NCBI GenBank assembly: GCA_023133415.1
Contig: JAGLWM010000004.1
Location: 3,574-67,573, forward strand
Length of the DNA stretch: 64,000 bases
Direction of reading: 5' to 3'
DNA from: Candidatus Pacearchaeota archaeon
GTDB taxonomy: Archaea; Nanobdellota; Nanobdellia; Pacearchaeales; GW2011-AR1
The translations under genes were made by a program, and so were the position numbers. Below the pieces are notes generated by a model. The model was given only the letters and a program-made list of their open reading frames with translations. It had not been told where the DNA came from and did no database searches. Shown one piece after another: positions 52,562-60,928 of the stretch (position 1 is the stretch's first letter; each line of letters begins with the position of its first letter).

Positions 52562-53149
52562 ATGAAGAGGAGAAGTATTTTGAAGAATAAGGTTGTCGCA
52601 ATCTTTTTAATAGTGGTTTTGTTGGTTTTGTTTACGCTGTTTGTGATGAAGATGGTTGATAATATTGATGGAAAGACGAGGGTGAAGTTGGAGACGAATC
52701 ATGGGGATATTGTGATTGAGTTGTATCGGGATATGCCGGTGACTGCTGGGAATTTTGAGAGGTTGGTTCGTGAGGGTATTTATGATGGTGTGATTTTTCA
52801 TCGGGTGATTTCTGGTTTTATGATTCAGGGTGGGGATCCGACTGGAACTGGGATGGGAGATCCAAAGATCCCTAAGATTAAGGATGAGTTTGTTGCTGGA
52901 CATTCTAATGTTCGTGGGACGATTTCGATGGCTAATGCTGGACCGAATACCGGGTCGAGTCAGTTTTTTATTAATTTGGCTGATAATAGTTTTTTGGATT
53001 ACGATAAGCAGCCTTTGGGCAGTAAGCATCCGGTGTTTGGTGAGGTTGTTAAGGGGATGGATGTTGTGGATGTGATTGCTGGTGTTGCAACGGGGGCTGG
53101 GGATCGGCCGATTGAGGATGTTGTGATTTTAAAGGCTGTAATTATTTAA
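52562..53149 (+). CDS. ppiB: cyclophilin-type peptidyl-prolyl isomerase with N-terminal membrane anchor
   Basis: TNHGDIVIELYRDMPVTAGNFERLVREGIYDGVIFHRVISGFMIQGGDP. TATA attttataaa lies 26 nt upstream of ATG 52562. Confidence 0.85.
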   Translation: MKRRSILKNKVVAIFLIVVLLVLFTLFVMKMVDNIDGKTRVKLETNHGDIVIELYRDMPVTAGNFERLVREGIYDGVIFHRVISGFMIQGGDPTGTGMGDPKIPKIKDEFVAGHSNVRGTISMANAGPNTGSSQFFINLADNSFLDYDKQPLGSKHPVFGEVVKGMDVVDVIAGVATGAGDRPIEDVVILKAVII

Positions 53150-54614
53150 TTTCAATCGGCTTGAATTCTTCTAGAAATCTTAGGGCGTCTTTCATTTTTG
53201 TTTTGGATTCTGTATAAAGCGTTAGGAGCGGTTCGCCTTTTTTGACTTTGCTAAGGTGTCTATGCAGATAAACTCCAGCGGAAATTGTTTCTGGAGTTCC
53301 GAGGATTCGACAAAGTGAATTGATTCCTTTATTGCTTATGTAAATTATCTCTCCTGATTTTTTTGCGGGAATGATTTTTTCGAATTTTGCTAGTTTCAAT
53401 TTTGATACTTTTTTGTCGAAGTTCTTTTTCCCGTTTTGCGCATTGATTATTTCTTTGAATTTTTCGTATGCTTTTCCTGAAAAAAAAGCATCCTCAACTT
53501 TTTTCTTTGCGTTTTTTATTCCGCAAAGTTTTGTTAGTTCTGTTGCAAGATAGAGTGATTTTTGTTTTAAGTCTTCGGGACCGTTTCCCTGTAAGACTGC
53601 TAAGACATCTAGCATTTCTAGAACTGGGCCGATTCCGTTTCCGACGGGTTGGTCTCCAGAGGTGTAAACAACTTTCATTTTAAGTTTGAAGCGTTTTGCT
53701 ATTTTGTAGAATTTTCTTCCTAATCGTTGCGCGCGCGCCAGATCTCTTACTTTTGCGCCATGTCCATATGGGATGTCGATTAAGATATGCTTTGCGCCAG
53801 TTGCTATTTTTTTGGACATAATTGAGGCTAGAAGTTGTGGTTCAATGTCGAGATTTAGGAGTCGTTCGACTTGGATAATCTTGTCGTCTGAGGGAGCCAG
53901 TCCTAGAGAGCCACCCCATGCTAAACAGGCGTTTTGTTTTTCAACCATTTTGGTTATTTTTTTTAGGGAGAGTTTTACGTCTGCAATTGTTTCTATTACG
54001 TCGGCTGTTCCGGAGGCTGAGGTTATTGCTCTCGAAGAGGTTTTTGGAAGTTTGATTCCGATACTTGCGCATATCGCTATTATGATTGGAGTGGTTCTGT
54101 TTCCGGCGACACCTCCAATACAATGTTTGTTTGCCACATATTTTCCTTTGAATTTTAGCTTCGATCCTGTTTTGACCATTGCTTTTGTTAGATTGATTGT
54201 TTCTTCGAATTCCATCCCGTTTAGTTTTTGTGCCGCTGTGAAGAATGCGATTTCGGCTTCAGTTAAATTATTGTGGACGATTTCCGAGATGAGGAAGTTT
54301 AGATCTTTTTGAGAGAGCGTCTTGCCATTTAGTTTTTTCTTGATTAGAAAGGATGCATCAGATATCTCGGAAGATGAGACTTCAACTAATGATCCACTTT
54401 TTAGTTTTATAATTCGGTTCAATTCGTGAGAAACCCCGATTTCGTTTTGTTTTACCATTTTTGAAAATATATCAACGATTGCATAGATTTTTTTACTATT
54501 TGTTATAGCTACTCTGTCGTCCACAAAAACATTCATCTTTATTGCAGTTTTTTCGTTTAGAAAGACTACAGGTTTGCCTGCATGCCAGTTAAAGTTTTTT
54601 ATTTTTAGTTTCAT
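53142..54614 (-). CDS. deoA: AMP phosphorylase / thymidine phosphorylase family (archaeal long form)
   Basis: N-terminal extra domain MKLKIKNFNWHAGKPVVFLNEKTA.., HCIGGVAGNRTTPII, GGSLGLAPSDD. Confidence 0.8.
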   Translation of the reverse strand: MKLKIKNFNWHAGKPVVFLNEKTAIKMNVFVDDRVAITNSKKIYAIVDIFSKMVKQNEIGVSHELNRIIKLKSGSLVEVSSSEISDASFLIKKKLNGKTLSQKDLNFLISEIVHNNLTEAEIAFFTAAQKLNGMEFEETINLTKAMVKTGSKLKFKGKYVANKHCIGGVAGNRTTPIIIAICASIGIKLPKTSSRAITSASGTADVIETIADVKLSLKKITKMVEKQNACLAWGGSLGLAPSDDKIIQVERLLNLDIEPQLLASIMSKKIATGAKHILIDIPYGHGAKVRDLARAQRLGRKFYKIAKRFKLKMKVVYTSGDQPVGNGIGPVLEMLDVLAVLQGNGPEDLKQKSLYLATELTKLCGIKNAKKKVEDAFFSGKAYEKFKEIINAQNGKKNFDKKVSKLKLAKFEKIIPAKKSGEIIYISNKGINSLCRILGTPETISAGVYLHRHLSKVKKGEPLLTLYTESKTKMKDALRFLEEFKPIEIK

Positions 54615-54615
54615 T

Positions 54616-54834
54616 GATTTCTTTCTTTTTTAGGCAGTTCTGCACACCTCAAATTGTTTGGCAGTTCTGCACACCTCAAATTGCGGAATGCTGGGGCGAG
54701 TATTGGGGCGAATTTTGGGGCGAATTTTGGGGCCAAAAAAGAAATTTCTCGCCGCCGCTCGACACACCCCTCTTGCTGGGGCGAGTAGAAAAAACTTCTT
54801 TTCCAAAACTATGTTTTGATTTAATTCTATCATT
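54616..54834 (-). mobile_element. expanded copy of the start-codon element with nested insertions (27-nt direct repeat x2, T4G4-like 12-mer repeats); flanked by CATT duplication
   Basis: CATT at 54612-54615 and 54831-54834. Element ends gatttctttcttttttag.. and ..ccaaaactatgttttgatttaattc. Track ORF 54630..54845 (MKKRMIELNQNIVLEKKFF..) stays open through the inserts and stops 15 nt before the deoA ATG. Confidence 0.65.
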
Positions 54835-54841
54835 CTTTTTT

Positions 54842-55861
54842 TCACTGTCTATTGAATAGATCTTTTAGTTTACCGTGTCGATAAAATTCTATTATGATTA
54901 ATGTATATGCAATAACAAGTGGACCTAGGACTATACCTGCGATTCCGAAGAAAAAGAGTCCTCCTATTGTTCCGATTAGACTTAGAGCGATTGGGAGAGT
55001 GGATTTTTTCGAGAGAATGTATGGTCGTAAAAGATTATCAATTGACGAAACGAATAGCATCCCGTAAAGTAAAAGAAATATCCCTGCGAATATTTGGTTT
55101 GTAATTAAGAGAAAGATGCTTATTGGAAGCCAGATGAGCCACGAGCCTAGAACTGGAATTATTGATATGATTGCTGCTATAAATGTTAGGACTAGTGCAT
55201 TTGGTATGCCTAGTAAAAATAGTCCTAGCCCTAAGGCTAAACCTTGGATTATTCCAATGAGGACTTGTCCAATGACGATTGCATCTGTTATTCTTCGGAA
55301 CTCTTGTAGAAATCTTGTTTCTGTTGCTTTGGAGAATGGTGAGAGGGATCTTATATAGGATGCTAGATCGTTGGCGTCCCGTGTCGCAAAATAGAATGTA
55401 AAGAGAAATACTACGAACTGGAAGGCTAGGGATGGGATATCTAGTAGAAGTTTTTTGAATTGATTTAGGAATATTAAAAAAGATTGTCCGATGATGTTAT
55501 CTATGTTTATTGCTAGGGTTGAAGCTATGTCAGTTTTGATGAAGTTGTTGATTATTTCTGTGAGATTTAGATTTTGAATTATGACGTAAATTTTGAATGC
55601 TTGATTGACTATGATTGGGACGAAATATATTATTGGAATTGCGACTATTAAGATAAGACCTAAGACTAGGATGAAGACTGCGAGATTTTTATTTTTGACG
55701 ATTTTTTGAATTGATTTGTAGACTGGAATGAAAACGTAGGCAAAAAGAAGACCTAAGATGATTGGCATAATAATCGGTTTTAGGATGAAGAATGTTAGAG
55801 TGAATATTCCAAGGATTAGAAATATTACTATCACTCTCTTTATGTCTTTTGACTCTATCAT
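54842..55861 (-). CDS. AI-2E family transporter (PerM/UPF0118)
   Basis: 339-aa polytopic protein with a typical AI-2E pattern: ..FLQEFRRITDAIVIGQVLIGIIQGLALGLGL.. Confidence 0.7.
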   Translation of the reverse strand: MIESKDIKRVIVIFLILGIFTLTFFILKPIIMPIILGLLFAYVFIPVYKSIQKIVKNKNLAVFILVLGLILIVAIPIIYFVPIIVNQAFKIYVIIQNLNLTEIINNFIKTDIASTLAINIDNIIGQSFLIFLNQFKKLLLDIPSLAFQFVVFLFTFYFATRDANDLASYIRSLSPFSKATETRFLQEFRRITDAIVIGQVLIGIIQGLALGLGLFLLGIPNALVLTFIAAIISIIPVLGSWLIWLPISIFLLITNQIFAGIFLLLYGMLFVSSIDNLLRPYILSKKSTLPIALSLIGTIGGLFFFGIAGIVLGPLVIAYTLIIIEFYRHGKLKDLFNRQ

Positions 55862-55931
55862 GGTATTATATGTTTAACTAGCTTATAAATTTAGTGGGAA
55901 ATTTTATAAAGAGAATTTGTTTAGCAAGGGA

Positions 55932-56636
55932 ATGATTATAAAAAAGATTTTTAATGGGGTGTTTGATGAGGAGGTGCATATTGCCTTTTTGAAGTTTGGT
56001 CGAGGGAGTTATAAGAACAAGTATTTAATTGAAGGGAAGAGGCAGGCTAAGAATTGGGCAGTGAAGACTGGGGCTGAGTACGCGAATTCTTTGGTGAGAT
56101 GGTGTTTAGGCACTTCGGAAAAGAGAGTGAAGATGAGTGGAGTGATTGTTTCGACATTGGATTTGAGGGATGATATTAATTTTGAATTGAAGAAAGTTGG
56201 TAATTTTCAGGGAGTTAGGAAGCATGTCGTTGATTGTGAAGTTGAAGGAAAGGAGATATTTAGGTTGATGGATAAATATCCGAAGGCTTTTTTTGCTCTT
56301 TCGTTTAAGGGGAATGATTTTGTTTTGAAGATTAAGCCCAAGACGCCGACGAGCGGGAAACCAGGAAAAGAGAAAGGTGCTGGACCTCTCGCTGATTTTT
56401 GTTCTTTGAAAACTTCAGATAAGACGATTATTGATGAATTGTTTTTTGATATTTCGAGTTTTGAGAGAGTGAGAGTTTCGCATGAGATTGAGATTAGTGA
56501 TATTGTTTATCCTTCTGATATGGAGAATTTGAAACCGGCGAAGATTCGGGAGTTGGCGAAGAGAAGAGGTGTTTTGAAGAGGGTGGCGGATGTTGACGGA
56601 GAAGAAAGGGCGAGTCAGGCAGAGTTTGTGGCGTGA
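55932..56636 (+). CDS. hypothetical protein
   Basis: TATA attttataaa at 55901-55910 lies 26 nt upstream of ATG 55932. Confidence 0.6.
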   Translation: MIIKKIFNGVFDEEVHIAFLKFGRGSYKNKYLIEGKRQAKNWAVKTGAEYANSLVRWCLGTSEKRVKMSGVIVSTLDLRDDINFELKKVGNFQGVRKHVVDCEVEGKEIFRLMDKYPKAFFALSFKGNDFVLKIKPKTPTSGKPGKEKGAGPLADFCSLKTSDKTIIDELFFDISSFERVRVSHEIEISDIVYPSDMENLKPAKIRELAKRRGVLKRVADVDGEERASQAEFVA

Positions 56637-56671
56637 ATAAGATTTATATAGTTTAGATATTTGGGTTTATT

Positions 56672-57043
56672 ATGAGAGTTGATTGGCTGGTTGTTCTTGG
56701 AATTTTTGTTGCGTTGCTTTTGCTTGGCGGTATTCTTTGGGCGATTCCGAATTATAAGGTTTATACTCGAGAGATGAATGGAAAGGCGCAGTTGAGGGAG
56801 GCTGAATGGAATAGGCAGATTGCGGTTGAGGAAGCTGCGGCAATGAAGGAGTCAGCGAAGTTGAAGGCGGATGCTGAGATTTTGAGAGCTGAGGGGATTG
56901 CTAAAGCGAATGAGATTATTGCGGGAAGTATTACGGATGAGTATATTAGATATAAGTTTGTCGAGGGATTGAATGATGGGAATACTGAAGTGATTTATGT
57001 GCCGACCGAGGCGAATTTGCCGATTTTAGAGGCTCGGGGATAA
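56672..57043 (+). CDS. membrane-anchored coiled-coil protein (band-7/SPFH-associated-like tail)
   Basis: N-terminal TM, then AEILRAEGIAKANEIIAGSIT... TATA gatttatata lies 26 nt upstream. Confidence 0.5.
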   Translation: MRVDWLVVLGIFVALLLLGGILWAIPNYKVYTREMNGKAQLREAEWNRQIAVEEAAAMKESAKLKADAEILRAEGIAKANEIIAGSITDEYIRYKFVEGLNDGNTEVIYVPTEANLPILEARG

Positions 57044-57253
57044 AGAGTAAAAACTTAATTCTAATTTATTGGTACTAACCTGAGAAAGTACTTCTTCTGA
57101 TTTTTTTTGACTGCAATATGGCACACACTGATTTCTCATTTTGTACGCATTCTCAATAACGGATTCTGGGTTTATTTCATTTAAGGAATCGTCTTTCCAT
57201 GATGGTCCAGAAAATACACATAAACCCATGTTATTATTTATATTAGAAACTAA

Positions 57254-57706
57254 TTAAAGTTTTGCTTTAGAATTAAACCAGTTTAATTTATCCCATTTGT
57301 ATAATGTTTTGATATGGCATTCTGCTTTTTGTGCGTCGGATTTTGATTCGCATTGTTTTGTTCGGAGTAGTTTTTTGAATTTTTTGTTTCGGACATATTT
57401 ACTACCTTTACCTTCGGCGTGTATTTTCATTCGTCTGTCTAGGTCGTTTGTGACGCCGGTATAGAAAGAGCCGTCTTGGCATTCAAGGATGTAGACGAAC
57501 CAAGGAGTTGGTGCTTGGTGGTTGGGAATTGGGACCGCTCGGCACACCCCAAATACTCTTGGTAGTTCTGCACACCCCAAATTGCAGGGTATTGGGGCGA
57601 GTTCTGGGGCGGGTCGGGGGTCGGTGGTCGGTAGTCGGTGATTTGTTCGGCACTTGTTAGTTTTAAAAATCATTAATTTCCTTTCTGATGTTGGAACTTC
57701 TACCAT
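57254..57706 (-). CDS. GIY-YIG nuclease-family protein whose N-terminal roughly 65 aa are encoded by repeat modules
   Basis: WFVYILECQDGSFYTGVTNDLDRRMKIHAEGKGSKYV. There is no ATG/GTG/TTG between the repeats and the domain. ATG 57706 overlaps the upstream stop (TAATG). Confidence 0.65.
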   Translation of the reverse strand: MVEVPTSERKLMIFKTNKCRTNHRLPTTDPRPAPELAPIPCNLGCAELPRVFGVCRAVPIPNHQAPTPWFVYILECQDGSFYTGVTNDLDRRMKIHAEGKGSKYVRNKKFKKLLRTKQCESKSDAQKAECHIKTLYKWDKLNWFNSKAKL

Positions 57707-58344
57707 TAGAGATTTAGATTTTTTTGTTTAGCGCAGGCGGCGCAGAGGAGGGCGGTGTCTTTTAGGGACATATAATATCGGTTGCCTTCTTCGAGGATGT
57801 TGTTGAATTTTTCCCATCCTTTTTCTATTGTTAGTTTTCCTGCAATGACTTCTTCTGGGACTTTTGCTGCTTTTTCTAGAAGATCTGTTCTGAATTTGAA
57901 CATGTTATAGTGATAGAGATTTGGTTTTGCGGATTTGGAAATTTTTTTTAAACAGAGGTAACATTGTTTTTGAGTCATTAGGAGCTCTTGTTCACGGATT
58001 GCCCATTGTAGTTGGAAATCGGCATCTTGGATTAAATGTTTAAAGTTTCCGATTCCTCCAAGACGTTTAAATGTAAGTGTGATTTTGTTTTCTGGAGTTA
58101 TTATGATTTCTCCTATTCTTTTTGAATATCTCCAGATTGGGTATTTTTGTTCTTTTCGTGGAGTTAGTGTTAATTTGCCTATTCGATAGCCTTTTGCGCC
58201 TGTTTTAATTTTGCCGATTATTTTGTCTTTTTTTCTTTGAATAGCTTTTTCTTTTTTTTCAGACTTTTTTTTGAGTGCGGTTTTTTCTTTTTTTGAGACA
58301 TAGCCTTTTTCGCCAGGGAGGAGTTGGGGAGTTTTTATGGTCAT
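57706..58344 (-). CDS. hypothetical basic protein with CxxC..CxxC (possible Zn-binding/HNH-like) C-terminal region
   Basis: CYLC..NLYHYN..CAAC. Confidence 0.5.
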   Translation of the reverse strand: MTIKTPQLLPGEKGYVSKKEKTALKKKSEKKEKAIQRKKDKIIGKIKTGAKGYRIGKLTLTPRKEQKYPIWRYSKRIGEIIITPENKITLTFKRLGGIGNFKHLIQDADFQLQWAIREQELLMTQKQCYLCLKKISKSAKPNLYHYNMFKFRTDLLEKAAKVPEEVIAGKLTIEKGWEKFNNILEEGNRYYMSLKDTALLCAACAKQKNLNL

Positions 58345-58509
58345 TATGTTATTGGAACGGAAAGAGGGTTTTTAAAATTTAGTGAAGATTTTTATAGATA
58401 GATATCGTCGATGTTGTATGGAAAAGAAAGTGTGGTTGCGTGAGATGGCTAGGGATATTGTTTCGTTGGGAGGCTTTCCGTTTTTTTTTTGGTTTTGGTT
58501 AGGGTTTGG

Positions 58510-58818
58510 ATGCTTGATAACCTTGTATATTTTTCGCAGTTTGTTGTTGCTGGGATTGTTGTTGGTTTGGTGTTTTTGATTTTGCGACAAAATATTTATT
58601 CTGGTTTGGGTTTGATTGTTTTGGTTTTTACTTCGCTTTATTATGATGATTTTAATTTTACCATATTTGGAATAGTTGCCTATGTCTTGCTTTTGGTGTC
58701 TCTTTTTTATTTAAAAGAAGATAAAAAGAAAATCTTGCTTGGAGTTGTTCTGGGAGCTCTTGGAGTTGCTGTTAGTTATGTGATTTTGGGCATAAGCTTT
58801 AAATACCCTAATTTCTGA
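58510..58818 (+). CDS. small membrane protein; possibly the 3' part of a gene split at a T10 run
   Basis: ORF 58418.. (MEKKVWLREMARDIVSLGGFPFFF) would join this frame if the T10 run at 58481-58490 were T11. Confidence 0.45.
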   Translation: MLDNLVYFSQFVVAGIVVGLVFLILRQNIYSGLGLIVLVFTSLYYDDFNFTIFGIVAYVLLLVSLFYLKEDKKKILLGVVLGALGVAVSYVILGISFKYPNF

Positions 58819-58950
58819 TAATTTCTAATGGTTCCATCCAAAACTTGACTGTTTGGATGAGGAGAATTTTGTGATTGGTTGGTCACGATAACGAACTCGA
58901 GTGCTATCGAGAAAATTATCAGATAGTTAGAGCTATCAGGAAAAACAAGC

Positions 58951-59895
58951 ATGACAGATAACAACGGAATACACAGTGGAAGTTTGCAGTTTTACCCGAG
59001 GGTTCGTGCAAAGAAGGTTGTGCCTAGTGTGAATTGGAAACCAGTAGATAAAGATGGCGTTGGATTTTTGGGTTTTGTTGGATATAAGGTTGGGATGGTT
59101 TCCGTTTGGACTAAGGATAATAGCGAGCATTCAATGACTAAGGGAAAGAGAATTGTGGTTCCTGCGACTTTGATTGAATGTCCTGCTATGAAGATTTATT
59201 CGGTTAGATTTTACAAGAATGGGAAGGCTTCTAAGGATGTTGTTGTTTCGAATGATAAGATTTTGAAGAAGTCTGTTGGGATTTCTAAAAAGATTGGTGA
59301 ACTGGGAGAGGATATTGATTTTGATGATGTAAGAGTGATTATGTATTCGGGTGTTGGGAAAACTGGTGTTGGGAAGAAGAAATGTGATTTGATTGAGATT
59401 GGTGTTTCGGGGGACAAGGATGAAAAGTTAGCTTTTATTAGGGATAATTTGGGTAAGGAGATTTCGGTTACAGATGTTTTTAGTGATGGGCTGGTTGATG
59501 TTCGTGGTGTGACTAAAGGATTTGGTACGCAGGGTCCTGTGAAGCGATTTGGGATTGCATTGAAGGATCATAAGAGTGAGAAGGGGCAGAGAAGGCCTGG
59601 TTCGTTGGCTCCATGGCATCCGGCGAGGGTAACTTTTAGGGCTCCGCAGGCTGGGCAGACTGGTTATCATAATAGGATTGGTTATAATAATTTGATTTTG
59701 GAAGTTGGGAAGGTGGCTGATAAGGATATTAATAGGAAGGGTGGATTTAAGCATTATGGAGTTGTGAAGACGGATTATTTGATTTTGAAGGGTTCGGTTC
59801 CTGGTCCTGCGAAGAGGGGTATTGTTGTTACATATGCCTTGAGACCGACTAAATATACTGCGAAGAAGAAGTTTGAGGTGCTTGAGTTGAGATGA
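58951..59895 (+). CDS. rpl3: 50S ribosomal protein L3 (uL3)
   Basis: GSLQFYPRVRAKK.., GVTKGFGTQGPVKRFG. Confidence 0.95.
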   Translation: MTDNNGIHSGSLQFYPRVRAKKVVPSVNWKPVDKDGVGFLGFVGYKVGMVSVWTKDNSEHSMTKGKRIVVPATLIECPAMKIYSVRFYKNGKASKDVVVSNDKILKKSVGISKKIGELGEDIDFDDVRVIMYSGVGKTGVGKKKCDLIEIGVSGDKDEKLAFIRDNLGKEISVTDVFSDGLVDVRGVTKGFGTQGPVKRFGIALKDHKSEKGQRRPGSLAPWHPARVTFRAPQAGQTGYHNRIGYNNLILEVGKVADKDINRKGGFKHYGVVKTDYLILKGSVPGPAKRGIVVTYALRPTKYTAKKKFEVLELR

Positions 59896-60677
59896 AGGTT
59901 AAATTTTATGATAAAAATGGGAAAGTGAAGGGGGACGTTAATTTGCCTAAGTGTTTTTCTGCTAAGATTCGAGCGGATATTCTGTTGAAGGTTTTTGAAG
60001 CACAAAAGAGTGTTTTTGCTCAGCCTTATGGTTCGATGGATGGAGCTGGTGCACAGTATTCGGCTTCGGGTATTTCGAAGAAGAAAAGGCATGATTGGAA
60101 GGGAACTTATGGGAAGGGAATTTCTAGGGTTCCTAGGAAGATTATGTCGAGGCATGGTGCGAGTTTTAATTGGATTGGTGCGACTGTTGCGTCGACTAGG
60201 GGCGGTAGAAGACCGCATGCTCCGAGAAGTGAGAAGAATTTATTTAAGAAAATTAATAAGAAGGAATTGTTGATTGCTTTGAAGTCGGCTTTGATTGGGA
60301 CGCTTGATGCTAATAGTTTGGAGAAGAAATTTGAAAGGAAGATGAATGTGGGCGGGGTTTTTGATTCTGGTATTTTGAATGTTAAGACGAAAGATTTTGT
60401 TTTGGCAATGAAGGCTATTTTTGGAGATTCGTTTGAGAGCGTTTTGAAGAAAAAATCAATTCGAGCCGGGATTGGGAAGATGAGGGGTCGAAAGTATAAG
60501 TCGAATGCTGGGTTATTGTTTGTTGTTGGGAGCGATGAGGAGATGAAGAGAAAGGGTGTTGAGATTGTGAAGGTTTCGGATTTGGCTATTAAGGATTTGG
60601 CGCCGAATGGGGTTGTGGGTCGATTGACTTGTTATAGTGAGAAAGCTATTGAGGAAATTGGAGGAAGGTTCGCATGA
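59892..60677 (+). CDS. rpl4: 50S ribosomal protein L4 (uL4)
   Basis: Operon position; ..QPYGSMDGAGAQYSASGISKKKRH.. Confidence 0.9.
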   Translation: MKVKFYDKNGKVKGDVNLPKCFSAKIRADILLKVFEAQKSVFAQPYGSMDGAGAQYSASGISKKKRHDWKGTYGKGISRVPRKIMSRHGASFNWIGATVASTRGGRRPHAPRSEKNLFKKINKKELLIALKSALIGTLDANSLEKKFERKMNVGGVFDSGILNVKTKDFVLAMKAIFGDSFESVLKKKSIRAGIGKMRGRKYKSNAGLLFVVGSDEEMKRKGVEIVKVSDLAIKDLAPNGVVGRLTCYSEKAIEEIGGRFA

Positions 60678-60928
60678 AGACGATAATTTTGGAGAAGGTG
60701 AAGTCGACGGAGAAGGTTGTTCGGCAGATTGAAATTGAGAATATTTTGGTTTTTGTTGTTGATAGGGCTGTGAACAAGTTTGAGATAAAGGCTGAGGTTG
60801 AGGACTTATTTGATGTTAAGGTTGAAAAGGTGAGGACACATACATTGAAGAATAAGAAGTTGGCTTATGTTAAATTGAAGTCGGAGTTTCCAGCTATGGA
60901 TCTTGCGACTAAGTTGGGGATGATGTAA
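60674..60928 (+). CDS. rpl23: 50S ribosomal protein L23 (uL23)
   Basis: Operon position; ILVFVVDRAVNKFEIKAEVEDLFDVKVEKV. Confidence 0.9.
   Translation: MKTIILEKVKSTEKVVRQIEIENILVFVVDRAVNKFEIKAEVEDLFDVKVEKVRTHTLKNKKLAYVKLKSEFPAMDLATKLGMM

Noticed and set aside
54705-54732. Telomere-like TTTTGGGG repeats.
   Set aside because: There are only two and a half 12-mer units, embedded in a nested repeat inside a gene-dense archaeal region. This is a G4-prone repeat module, not a chromosome end.
57026-57229. 67-aa minus-strand ORF.
   Set aside because: It overlaps the 3' end of 56672..57043, has no promoter-like box at the expected spacing and no recognisable motif. I left it unannotated.
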